Source of the DNA: Candidatus Portnoybacteria bacterium
Lineage (GTDB): Bacteria; Patescibacteriota; Minisyncoccia; Portnoybacterales; GWB1-42-6
Assembly (NCBI GenBank): GCA_016208745.1
Contig: JACQXN010000005.1
Span: 1-46,624 of the forward strand
Length of the DNA: 46,624 nucleotides
Direction of reading: 5' to 3'
Position numbers and translations under genes: made by a program. The first letter of the stretch is position 1. Every line of letters begins with the position of its first letter. Shown piece by piece: positions 7,613 through 16,875 of this stretch. The notes under the pieces were generated by a model. It did not search any database, was not told the origin of the DNA, and worked only from the letters and a program-made list of their open reading frames with translations.

Positions 7613-8302
7613 TTAATCCAGTTCCTTTATTTTTTCAGCTACTTCCAAGTCTTCGGGATTTAATTTTAAAACCTGCTTAAAGCAACCTATGGCATCCTCT
7701 TTGTTGCCTTGATTCAGATAAAGAAAGCCGAGCTTCCGATAAGCCTTGATATTTCGCGGATCCCGCGCTATCAAATCAATACAGGCCTTTTCTTCGGGAG
7801 CCTCAAACCCATTATTTTTGCTTTCCGGCAACGCCTTATTCTTACCATTATTTTCTTCAACCTTCACTTCCTCTTTGGCCTTCTGGATGCTTTCTAAAAT
7901 TTGGGCCTGATCTAATTTTTCTAATACCTGAAGCTTCTGAATTTTTTTCAAACGATGTTGTTCCATCCAAGCGCGGGAACGGACTGTCCAAACCTGTGAT
8001 TTCTCTCTTAATCTCTCAATGAGAAAAACAAAAAAGTTGTCTATTTTTAAAATAGATAGGCGCAATTTTCTTAAAAGCTTCTCAAGCCAGCCGGAAACCG
8101 CCGGCTGGAAACTTGAGTATTTAACCCCTCTGATTTTTATCTTAAACTTTTCAAGTAACGGAGAAGAAATATTAGCTTCTTGCGGTTTTTCGGGCAACTT
8201 CAGCAAAAGCTGCATTTTTCGCAAAACAATAACCACCATCCCCACAAAACATATAGCCAGAACAACCCAAGGCGTATAAGTTAGAATCAAATTAAGATTC
8301 AT
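7613..8302 (-). CDS. Membrane-anchored TPR-repeat protein
   Basis: N-terminal TM helix; C-terminal TPR (AYRKLGFLYLNQGNKEDAIGCFKQVLKLNP). Confidence 0.85.
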   Translation of the reverse strand: MNLNLILTYTPWVVLAICFVGMVVIVLRKMQLLLKLPEKPQEANISSPLLEKFKIKIRGVKYSSFQPAVSGWLEKLLRKLRLSILKIDNFFVFLIERLREKSQVWTVRSRAWMEQHRLKKIQKLQVLEKLDQAQILESIQKAKEEVKVEENNGKNKALPESKNNGFEAPEEKACIDLIARDPRNIKAYRKLGFLYLNQGNKEDAIGCFKQVLKLNPEDLEVAEKIKELD

Positions 8303-8883
8303 AATTCAAACCTTATAAATCTGCCAACTTTTATTTTCTCCCCGATTTTGCCGACATACTCGCTGACTAAATCTTTTATTTTTTGGTCAGGATTTTTCAC
8401 AAATGCCTGCTCCAAAAGACAAATCTCGTCGCCTATTTTTCTTATCTTGCCTTCAATAATCTGGCTAATCACTGCTTCTGGTTTGCCAGAATTTTGAAAT
8501 TCTTCGCCAAAACCCTGTTTTTGTTTATCTAAATATTCCTGCGGAATGTCTTCTGGTGAAAGATACAAAGGATTCATCGCCGCAATATGCATAGCCAAAT
8601 CATGAGCCAGTTCTTTGAAGGTCTCATTTTTGGCCACAAAATCTGTCTCGCAGTTTAGCTCAACTAAAACTCCGATTTTTTTGTTGGGATGAATATAGGC
8701 TTCAACAACTCCGGCTTTAGTTTCTTTTTCAGCGCGTTTTTCCGCGATTTGCTTTCCCCGCCTCTGCAGAAGTTCCAACGCCTTATTAAAATCCCCGCCT
8801 GCTTCCTCAAGCGCCTTTTTGCACTCCATCATTGAAGACTGGGTCTTATCTCTTAATTGTTTGACTTGGTCAGAAGTAATCAT
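8299..8883 (-). CDS. tsf: Elongation factor Ts (short form)
   Basis: VKQLRDKT..MMECKKAL, ELNCETDFVA, LLEQAFVK. Confidence 0.97.
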   Translation of the reverse strand: MITSDQVKQLRDKTQSSMMECKKALEEAGGDFNKALELLQRRGKQIAEKRAEKETKAGVVEAYIHPNKKIGVLVELNCETDFVAKNETFKELAHDLAMHIAAMNPLYLSPEDIPQEYLDKQKQGFGEEFQNSGKPEAVISQIIEGKIRKIGDEICLLEQAFVKNPDQKIKDLVSEYVGKIGEKIKVGRFIRFEL

Positions 8884-8890
8884 GAGATCT

Positions 8891-9054
8891 CTACAGATTA
8901 CAGATAAATTACTGATATACGGATTAAATTCAAAATCCCTCCTAGCCTCCCTTTTTAAAAAGGAGAGGCTATTTTCGCTCCCTCCTTTGGAAAAGGAGGG
9001 CTGGGGTGGATTTTTATTTTTATACGAGTATCCGTATTTATCAATATTCCGTAG
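8891..9054. repeat. CTAC...GTAG-bounded inverted-repeat element with a nested CCCTCC/GGAGGG palindrome
   Basis: Arms 8891-8924 and 9021-9054 resemble the arms at 12748-12830 and 21540-22000. Confidence 0.75.
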
Positions 9055-9780
9055 CTAAATTTCTTTCGCTTGCTTTATCGCCCCGACTATCGCATCTAAA
9101 ATAATCCGCACAGAAGACGAGGCATCGTCGTTGGCTGGAATAGGATAATCCACTAAAGTCGGGTCGGTGTTTGTGTCGCAAATTCCCACAACCGAAATGC
9201 CAACTCTCCTTGCTTCTCTGACAACTAAATTATCTTCTTTGATATCGGCGACAAAAATCGCTTCGGGCAATCTAGTCAAGTTCTTTATTCCTTCAAGATT
9301 AGTTTTTAAGCTTTCCAACTCCTTTTGAAATGCCAGCCGTTCTTTCTTGGTGTATTTTTGCAATTCATCTTGGGCAATCTGCGTTTCCAGGTTTCTGAAA
9401 TATTCAATGCGCTTGCCAATGGTTTTAAAATTCGTCAATGTGCCGCCAAGCCATCGGCCAATTACATAAGGCATGCCACAGTTTTGCGCTCCTTCTTGAA
9501 TAATTTTTTTGACGGTTGGCTTTGTACCGACAAAAAGAATTGTGCCGCCTTTGCTAGCTATTTCACTAATAAAATTCACTGCTTCCTCCAGCTTAGCCAA
9601 AGATTTATCCGCGTCAATAATATGCACCGCGTGCCTGACGCCAAAAATATACGGCTTCATTTTAGGATTCCAGCGGGAAGTTCTGTGGCCAAAATGCGCG
9701 CCAGCTCCAACCAGCTCCTCAACCGAGGGCAGTTTAAAATCTATTTTTTGTGGTTCTTGTTTTTCTTCAGTCATAATCAT
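9055..9780 (-). CDS. rpsB: 30S ribosomal protein S2
   Basis: AGAHFGH..RWNPKMKPYI, RWLGGTLTNF, DTNTDP, PANDDA. Confidence 0.98.
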   Translation of the reverse strand: MIMTEEKQEPQKIDFKLPSVEELVGAGAHFGHRTSRWNPKMKPYIFGVRHAVHIIDADKSLAKLEEAVNFISEIASKGGTILFVGTKPTVKKIIQEGAQNCGMPYVIGRWLGGTLTNFKTIGKRIEYFRNLETQIAQDELQKYTKKERLAFQKELESLKTNLEGIKNLTRLPEAIFVADIKEDNLVVREARRVGISVVGICDTNTDPTLVDYPIPANDDASSSVRIILDAIVGAIKQAKEI

Positions 9781-9829
9781 ATCTCTTTCTTGCTTAGGTA
9801 ATAAAAATAAACCAATAAATTTTTTATTA

Positions 9830-10198
9830 TTAGCATTTATCCTCCTTATCTAATACAAAATCAGTATATAATAAGGCGGGAAATAAATCAACTCCAAAGA
9901 CGACTAAAAAATAAATTTTATGCATCCCCTCCTTAGATGAGGAGGGGAAATAAAGGGGTGGTGCTGAAATAATATCAGCACCACCCCTCAATCCTCCCCT
10001 CATCTGAGGGGAGGAGGAAATAATACAATAATCTTTATATTTAAAAACCGACTCCTCCGAGTCGGTTTTGTGTTTTTGTTTCCTGCTGTAGCCCTTTCTA
10101 CCTCTCTTGGTAGTCTGAGCGCCTCCTTTGCTCCGGAGCGCTTGCACCATTTCCCCGGGCAGACGCAATCCTAATTTCTTCTTACGCCTTTTCCTCAT
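9830..10198 (-). CDS. Small basic ArfA-like protein; probable non-stop product of ~50 codons
   Basis: AGGAGGTG SD; KRGRKGYSRKQKH motif; terminator hairpin inside the ORF. The tail to 9830 is read-through into a repeat. Confidence 0.6.
   Translation of the reverse strand: MRKRRKKKLGLRLPGEMVQALRSKGGAQTTKRGRKGYSRKQKHKTDSEESVFKYKDYCIISSSPQMRGGLRGGADIISAPPLYFPSSSKEGMHKIYFLVVFGVDLFPALLYTDFVLDKEDKC
10043..10069 (-). terminator. Intrinsic terminator inside the ArfA-like ORF
   Basis: AAAACCGACUC-GGAG-GAGUCGGUUUUU, a perfect 11-bp stem with U-tract. Confidence 0.75.
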
Positions 10199-10964
10199 AG
10201 CGCACCTCCTAAATAAATTACCCCTCCCTTTTTAAAGGGAGGCTGGGAGGGATTTTAAAAATCCCCCTTAATCCCCCCTTTTTCAAAGGGGGAGATAAAT
10301 TTATGCTAATCGCCACAGGGCTGGGGCAGATGCGGGGTAACTTTCTCTGCCTCCACAGCCCTCTGACGATTAATTATTTTAAAAGTTTTCCTTCTCTGAA
10401 TCCGCTATTTTTCATACCGGACTCGGAAATGGAGGGAACCGCGGAAAAATTTTTTTGCGGTTCCCGTTTATAAATTACTCTCGGTGGCTTCCTCCCTCTG
10501 GCTTGCCAGATGCCTAATCCTGCCCTAATTTTGATTATTGGACTGAAAGATTTTGGCAACAGCAGGTCAGTCGCGGTTTTTTATAGTTCCGCGGCTGCCA
10601 TACGCCTGGGCCGTCCGTTGTCTTGGGCCATAATTGCGGACTGGATTTGTCCATCGCCCGTAATAACGCCCACCGAGAAATTAATTTTGAAAAAAGAACA
10701 TTCCTTTCTCTGAAACTTCATAAACATTTATTATAAAGTCTCGGAGAAAGGGAGGGCTCGTAAATATTCGCGTGAGCCCTCCAAGATGTCCAATTATCGG
10801 ATTGGACTTCCGGCAGGATTCAGTTCCAGGCTCCTGCAAGCCTGCGCGTTTTTTTCACAGGAGTCGCTTCCCTCCTCCGAGTTCCATTCCTCTGACTTGC
10901 TCCTTTCTTAGAAAATTTCGGGTGGCATTTTGATATTTGATAGCTGCCCGTAACCAATACTTAT

Positions 10965-11579
10965 TTAGAGCAACATGCTCAGGGCCTTCTCGGTCTCCTG
11001 AATTTCCTTTTCTATCCACCCCCGACTGTATTTGTTATTTACTCTCGAAAGCTCTTCCTTCTTCGCGTTAATTTTCCAACGCAGAAAAGCTTCCTCGGAC
11101 TCGAAGCGTCCTGCTTCGATGCGCGCCTTGGGGTACCCAGCGTCCCAGTCCATCCAACGTAGGTTCTCAGGCGTGAGGGCGAAGTCGGCCGGATCGTCGT
11201 TGAACTTGGCGTTACAAGCGAAGTTATAGACGAGCCGATCGGAGCAGTTGGAATCGTCAAGCTCATTGGCGCCTTTGAAGGACACCTCGTTGAACTTCTT
11301 GATCCAGCCGTCCATCCGACGTTCCCATAGAATCTGGGTGAAGTGCGAGAGGCTGTGCACCCAACCGCCATGCTTATTGCGTCGATTCTCCCGCGCAGCA
11401 AGGAAAGTCTCGAGCGCTGCCTCCAACAATTCCGGCGTGGATTTATCCTCACTCAGAACCGTGAGAACAAAATTCTCGCCCTCTATGTAGTCCTTGACGC
11501 TCCGAACCATTTCAATGGCTCGGTCGGTCTGTCCGTCATGGATCAAGCCTTTTAGTTGATCATTGCGTTCACTCATCAT
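10965..11579 (-). CDS. Hypothetical protein, GC-richer than its flanks
   Basis: 204-aa ORF abutting the upstream receiver gene; AAAGGAG SD. Confidence 0.75.
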   Translation of the reverse strand: MMSERNDQLKGLIHDGQTDRAIEMVRSVKDYIEGENFVLTVLSEDKSTPELLEAALETFLAARENRRNKHGGWVHSLSHFTQILWERRMDGWIKKFNEVSFKGANELDDSNCSDRLVYNFACNAKFNDDPADFALTPENLRWMDWDAGYPKARIEAGRFESEEAFLRWKINAKKEELSRVNNKYSRGWIEKEIQETEKALSMLL

Positions 11580-11948
11580 CTATCTCCTTTCAACGAGATT
11601 GTCCACGACCGTTTTCAAATCGTAGGGGTTTCTGTTTGCTGTTCCGTCAACTTCCACGCCAGCTCGGTTGAACTGTTCTACACCGCCACCGCTGTTAGCG
11701 ACGATATATCCGCTGTATCCTCCTTTAGAGAGAGAACGGACAACATCTGCTCCGGTGATATCGGACTTTCCCAATCCATAACCGACCAACACCACATCCG
11801 GCTCGAGAGCATTCACCATCTGGCAAGTCCGTTCGATAGAATCGAACGGCTCCAGAGTCAACAGCTCATGATTGCTTGCGCAACTAGAGAGCTCCCATTG
11901 ACGCACAACCTCATTGAGTCGATCGTCTACAAAGAAGACTTTGGCCAT
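11580..11948 (-). CDS. Response-regulator receiver-like protein (atypical)
   Basis: KVFFVDD...PDVVLVGYGL..ITGADVVRSL...IVANS; the phospho-acceptor Asp position reads Gly. Confidence 0.7.
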   Translation of the reverse strand: MAKVFFVDDRLNEVVRQWELSSCASNHELLTLEPFDSIERTCQMVNALEPDVVLVGYGLGKSDITGADVVRSLSKGGYSGYIVANSGGGVEQFNRAGVEVDGTANRNPYDLKTVVDNLVERR

Positions 11949-12747
11949 AGTCCTGCTCCTTTCTTATTTTTTATCTCAACTGAGACAAAATAGAAACTAG
12001 TTTTTCAATTCCCATTTTGTCTCAGTCAAGAATTGTATAAAAGAACATTTCTCTCCAGCAATCGAAGAGAAGGATGGAGGCGAAGAAAAATATTTCCCTC
12101 CCCCATCCTTCTATCAAATTGCGGCATCCGAATGGCGTAAAATTCTATGCGAATTACGCCCATGCGAATAGATAACATTGAATGACGAAAATTCACCCGA
12201 ACGCGCTCACCCGAATATTTCATAACTCACCCTACCCCTCTCTTATCTTAAGAGAGGGAAAAATACCCGGAAAACAAATAAGGCGGCTAAGAAATATCAT
12301 CTATAATATCTATATAGAGGAGACTTCCCAACCGCCTTTTCTGCCTTGGCTATATGCTATAAGCCATATGCCATAAGCTACACTTTAGTCTCTCCTCTAA
12401 AGTTATATTTTAAGCTAAAAAGTACCTTTATTTATCGTGCGCTCTCATTATAGCATATTTCAGAAACATTGTCAAGTCTTTGGCTATTTTTTTATTTTTC
12501 CATTCTTTTCCGCCTTGCCGATATCTTTTTTCCCTTGTTTCCTTATCGCCCAGTTTTGGCCTCTAATAATGACCGATTTGCAGTATGCGCTAGTATAGCA
12601 TATATTAGATTCATTGTCAAGGATTTCTCTCTCCCCTCCTTTAGGAGGGGCTGGGGGAGATTTTTTAAAAATCCTCCCTAACCCTCCTTAAAAGGAGGGA
12701 AAATTTATCTCTCCTCTTGCAAAAAAGCTCTTTTATTGATAAGATAG

Positions 12748-12830
12748 CTACGGAATACGGATTTTGTACTGACATACGGATAAGAACAAAATTCGTAATC
12801 TGTATATCCGTAATAATCTGTAATCCGTAG
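12748..12830. repeat. Empty CTAC...GTAG inverted-repeat element upstream of rpmE
   Basis: ctacggaatacggat...atccgtaataatctgtaatccgtag. Confidence 0.75.
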
Positions 12831-12837
12831 AGAAATC

Positions 12838-13071
12838 ATGAAAAAAGATATTCATCCAACCTATCATCCCGCCGCCACCGCCAAATGCGCTTGCGGCAAC
12901 ACTTTCAAAGTCGGCTCAACTAAACCGGAACTTAATGTTGAAATTTGTTCGGCTTGCCATCCTTTCTATACCGGCAAAGAAAAACTAATTGATACTGCCG
13001 GAAGAGTTGAGAGATTCAAGAAGATGGTGGAAAAAGGGAAGGGAATGAAAAAGGGCAAGAAATCTAAATAA
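12838..13071 (+). CDS. rpmE: 50S ribosomal protein L31 (Zn type)
   Basis: MKKDIHP.Y...CACG...[12 protein letters not shown]...DTAGRVERF. Confidence 0.98.
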   Translation: MKKDIHPTYHPAATAKCACGNTFKVGSTKPELNVEICSACHPFYTGKEKLIDTAGRVERFKKMVEKGKGMKKGKKSK

Positions 13072-13241
13072 ATTTCCAATTTCTAATTCCTAATTTCTAA
13101 TAAAAATCCCGATATCCAAACCCAAAATTTAGTCATTGGACATTAACTCATTGGGGCTTGATTAGGTTAATTAGAATAATTAGGTCAATTAGAAATTTAT
13201 TTGCCCGATAAGACAGGCTTTGTCTGGCAAAGTAAAACGCG

Positions 13242-13973
13242 ATGAACACTCCAAGGGGTATTATACTAGAAATCCGTGCTGGTACTGGCGGCGATGAAGC
13301 CGCTCTTTTTGCTATGGATTTGTATAAGATGTATTCCAAGTTTGCCCAGTATCAAGGCTGGAAACAAAGCGTTATTGACTCAAGCCAAACAACTATTGGC
13401 GGGTTAAAAGAAATCGTTCTTGAAATTGACGGCCCTGAAGTTTATAATTCATTAAAGAACGAGGGCGGCGTGCATCGGGTGCAAAGAATTCCCAGAACCG
13501 AGAAAAACGGCCGGGTTCATACTTCAACTTCAAGCGTCGCTGTTTTGCCAAAAATAGAGGCTTCGGAAATTAAAATAAATCCAGCGGATTTGGAAATTGG
13601 CACAACTCGTTCCTCTGGTCCGGGCGGCCAAAACGTTAACAAGGTTGAAACAGCTGTCAGGGTTGTTCACAAACCAACGGGCATTATGATTCTTTCGCAA
13701 ACCCAGCGCTCGCAATCGCAAAACAAAGAAAAAGCAATGGAAATTTTGCGCGCCAAACTTTATGAAAGACAACAAGAACAGCAAAGCTCGCAAATTGGCC
13801 AACAGCGCAGAGAACAAATAAAAAATGCCGAGCGTTCCGATAAAATAAGAACCTATAATTTCCCGCAAAATAGAATTACAGATCATCGCATCGGAAAATC
13901 GTGGCATAATCTGGAAGAAATTTTGGATGGAAAATTGGATGTTATAATAAAGGCGTTTAGGAAACAATCATAA
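13242..13973 (+). CDS. prfA: Peptide chain release factor 1, lacking N-terminal domain 1
   Basis: [20 protein letters not shown] (PxT), SGPGGQNVN (GGQ), [15 protein letters not shown]. Confidence 0.93.
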   Translation: MNTPRGIILEIRAGTGGDEAALFAMDLYKMYSKFAQYQGWKQSVIDSSQTTIGGLKEIVLEIDGPEVYNSLKNEGGVHRVQRIPRTEKNGRVHTSTSSVAVLPKIEASEIKINPADLEIGTTRSSGPGGQNVNKVETAVRVVHKPTGIMILSQTQRSQSQNKEKAMEILRAKLYERQQEQQSSQIGQQRREQIKNAERSDKIRTYNFPQNRITDHRIGKSWHNLEEILDGKLDVIIKAFRKQS

Positions 13974-14311
13974 TTATCCTGAATTACGAAACGCACAGGA
14001 CGGATTTAAAAATCTCCCCTAGCCCCTCCTAAAGGAGGGGAACAACTCCCTCCCTTTAGGGAGGGTTGGGGTGGATTTTAAAAATCATCCTCTTTAAAAG
14101 AGAGGCCAACTATTTCGCAATTCATAGGACTTCAGTTCTTAAACAATTTTTAGGAGGAAACTGGGTCGCTTTCGTCCTGCTTTGCGGGGCTACGGCGAAC
14201 CAAGGAGGATAAATAATTAACAACCATAAGACCTTCTGCTATCAACTTTAAAGCAGGGCTTTATGGTTGATGGCAAAGAAGTTTTCATGGTTTGCAAAGG
14301 AGGTGTGAATT

Positions 14312-14959
14312 ATGGAACAGATAAAATCAGGATCCAACCAACCCCTAATAATGCCGGGGCCGAAATTCAATGAGCCAGAAGAATCTTGGATGAAAAGAAA
14401 TGGCCAAAGAATTATTCTGGGCATCATTGCTGTTTTGATTATCGCTGGCGGAATTTATCTTTATAACAATTATAAAGATACAAATTCCCCGATAACCCAG
14501 GAAACGCAAGAAGAAAATACAGAAGAGATAACTCCAGACCAGGTAAAAGTCGGCGAATCTAATCAGACTGCACAAGGCAACCAGACAGACCAAACAGGCG
14601 CATCAACAAACCAAACTCTGACATCATTAGAAAAAGCGGTGTTATTAAAAATAGAAGGCGGAAAAGTAGCAGTTAAGGCAGAAAAAGGAGCCGGCGTCAC
14701 TCACCTATCAAGAAAAGCGCTCAAAGAATACGCGCAGGCGCATCAGGATATAAAACAGAATTTGACTCCGGAAAAGAAAGTTTATGTTGAAGATTATCTC
14801 ACTAAAAAATCAGGCCCGATGAGAGTGGCTGTTGGCCAAGAATTATCTTTTGACGAAAACCTTATCAAAGAAGCGATTGATAAATCCAACCAATTAAGCG
14901 AGTCCCAGCTCAAAAATCTTCACAAATATGTTTTGCTAGCCCCCTCTTTGTCAGCGTGA
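14312..14959 (+). CDS. Membrane-anchored hypothetical protein
   Basis: AAAGGAGGTG SD, one TM helix, Q/T/E-rich linker, globular C-terminal domain; terminator follows. Confidence 0.85.
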   Translation: MEQIKSGSNQPLIMPGPKFNEPEESWMKRNGQRIILGIIAVLIIAGGIYLYNNYKDTNSPITQETQEENTEEITPDQVKVGESNQTAQGNQTDQTGASTNQTLTSLEKAVLLKIEGGKVAVKAEKGAGVTHLSRKALKEYAQAHQDIKQNLTPEKKVYVEDYLTKKSGPMRVAVGQELSFDENLIKEAIDKSNQLSESQLKNLHKYVLLAPSLSA

Positions 14960-14970
14960 AATTAGTTTCT

Positions 14971-15010
14971 AACATAAAACCCCCGCGATAAGCTTAGGGG
15001 GTTTTATGTT
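14971..15010 (+). terminator. Intrinsic terminator
   Basis: aacataaaaccccc...gggggttttatgtt. Confidence 0.7.
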
Positions 15011-15025
15011 GTTTGCACCGGGTTA

Positions 15026-15065
15026 GATGTCCGACGTCAATATTTAAATATTGACGTCGGACATC
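15026..15065. repeat. Perfect 40-bp palindrome
   Basis: gatgtccgacgtcaatattt|aaatattgacgtcggacatc. Confidence 0.9.
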
Positions 15066-15091
15066 GATAATTTTTTAAATAATTTCTATTT

Positions 15092-15270
15092 TCGCCATCC
15101 AAAAATTTTGCCATAAATTCGGCCGAGGCGAGCGTTAAAAATTTGCGTGCTGTGGTCGTCAGCGCGAAGCGCTGGGCATAGCAAATTTAGCGAGCCGAGG
15201 ACCAGAATTTATCAAAATTTTATGGCTGGCGAGAGTTTTTTGCCTACTTTTTGTCGGCACAAAAAGTAGG
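15092..15270 (+). repeat. Long covarying hairpin family, copy 1 of 5
   Basis: AAAATTTTG...CAAAATTTT long stem plus terminal TTTTGCCTACTTTT...AAAAGTAGG hairpin. Confidence 0.8.
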
Positions 15271-15300
15271 TCTTTACCACCTTTAGATAAAGGTGATTTT

Positions 15301-16770
15301 CTATTTCAACATTATATCCAACTGCTCTTGAATTACCCTAGCCAGTTCCATAACCGAATCCCCGTAAAATCTGTAAACTGATTTATTCCAATTGGAGCCG
15401 GCAAAATAGATCATTGCCGCTTTCCATTCGGCATCCTGCGTCTGCTGATTGGCGCCGTTGCTTGAAAGCTTAACCGCCGCGGCTGTAAAGGCATCATCTA
15501 TGTTCCAAGGCGAAGGCGGATTGTGGCCGGTTAACTGCGCTACTCTGTCTTTATAACCAAGCCAGGTGGTTGGCAAAAATTGAGCTGGGCCCATTGCTCC
15601 GCCCCAACCATATGAAGGCTTCCGCGAAACCGGCATTTGGTCAGGGTCAAGATTTAGTTCATCGCAAATCTGAACAAATGCTTTTTGATCAGCTGGCCGC
15701 ATATCTTTTTTCCAAGTGCCTGTGCCGACATTTGTTCCCCAGCTTGATTCTTGTTTTAAAACCGCCAGCAAAAACGCGGGGCGAACGCCGGTTCTATCGG
15801 CGGCAAATTTGGCGTGCTTATAAGCCTCTTCCAAAGTCATTGATAAGCCAACGCCTTCCAAAAGATACATCTGCTTTTTAATTTCTGTTGCGCTTGATTT
15901 TGCTTTTTGCAAAAGCTTCTGATAAGCGCTTTCTTCGCCTTTTGTCTGAGTCAGCAATTTATTCTTTTCGGTCTGCTGCAATCTTAAGGCCTGGCGTTGA
16001 ATCTCCTGTAGGGATTTTAATTGCAACTCTTCTTCTTGCCTCTGAGAAAGATCATTTTTTTCTTCCTGCAAATCTTCTTTAATGGTTTTTATTTCCGTTA
16101 TGGTGGCGTATGTTCTTTCCTGAATTGTTTCCAGGGCATTCATTTCGCTAAAAACATCCGATAGTCTTTTCTGGCTGAAAATTAATTCTATCATATTCTC
16201 CTGATCAAATTCATGAATACCTCTTAGGTATTGAACCAGCAATTCCCTTTCTCTTTCAAGCTTTGTCTCTTGCTTGCCAATCTCGCTGGATTTATCAATG
16301 ATGGCTAATTGCGTCTGCCTTAAAACAAGCTCTGTCTGTTTTATCTCAAGCTCCACCTGCTTTTTTTTATTGTCTAAATTTTTAATTTCCTGATTTAGAG
16401 TTTTAGACTGGCTTTGCGCCCGGCTGATTTCTGAACGATATTGATCTATTTCCGCCTGAATCTCATCCAGCTCTTTCTGAAGACTATCTCTTAAATCATC
16501 TACCGAAGCGCGGCTATTGAGAACAGGGGCGAATAAAAAGAGCAGTAAAAAAACAAAAATAAATCCCCACACCATAAACCCGCATCTATAATTTTCTAAC
16601 CTACCCACTGAGTCACTAGAACATTTATGCGCTTTGTTGCCCTGATGGGCTTTTGGTGTGGGGATAAAAAAGCGCCAAGCCATAAATATTGCGGACCTGT
16701 ATCCGTTAGTATTTCTTGCCGATGGCTGGCGCGATTTCTTAATATTGACTAAATTTAGAAAAAATTTCAA
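15301..16770 (-). CDS. Coiled-coil + lytic transglycosylase (SLT-like) peptidoglycan hydrolase
   Basis: Hydrophobic signal region, long coiled coil, LAVLKQESSWG catalytic Glu, GAMGPAQFLPTTW. True start uncertain (ATG 16683 or later). Confidence 0.85.
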   Translation of the reverse strand: MKFFLNLVNIKKSRQPSARNTNGYRSAIFMAWRFFIPTPKAHQGNKAHKCSSDSVGRLENYRCGFMVWGFIFVFLLLFLFAPVLNSRASVDDLRDSLQKELDEIQAEIDQYRSEISRAQSQSKTLNQEIKNLDNKKKQVELEIKQTELVLRQTQLAIIDKSSEIGKQETKLERERELLVQYLRGIHEFDQENMIELIFSQKRLSDVFSEMNALETIQERTYATITEIKTIKEDLQEEKNDLSQRQEEELQLKSLQEIQRQALRLQQTEKNKLLTQTKGEESAYQKLLQKAKSSATEIKKQMYLLEGVGLSMTLEEAYKHAKFAADRTGVRPAFLLAVLKQESSWGTNVGTGTWKKDMRPADQKAFVQICDELNLDPDQMPVSRKPSYGWGGAMGPAQFLPTTWLGYKDRVAQLTGHNPPSPWNIDDAFTAAAVKLSSNGANQQTQDAEWKAAMIYFAGSNWNKSVYRFYGDSVMELARVIQEQLDIMLK

Positions 16771-16875
16771 TTGACCTAATTCCTAATTTCTAATCAAATC
16801 CCAATCTCTAAATACCAAATAATAAAATTTTTGGAAATTGATGGTTGGGTATTATTTAGGTTAATTAGAAATTCT

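Noticed and set aside
9830-10042. C-terminal 70 aa of the 122-aa ORF as a real domain
   Set aside because: It lies beyond the terminator and translates a palindromic repeat also found in miaB and rnhB.
12026-12223. 65-aa minus-strand ORF
   Set aside because: No recognisable motif, and its SD-like sequence comes from a repeat; neither supported nor excluded.
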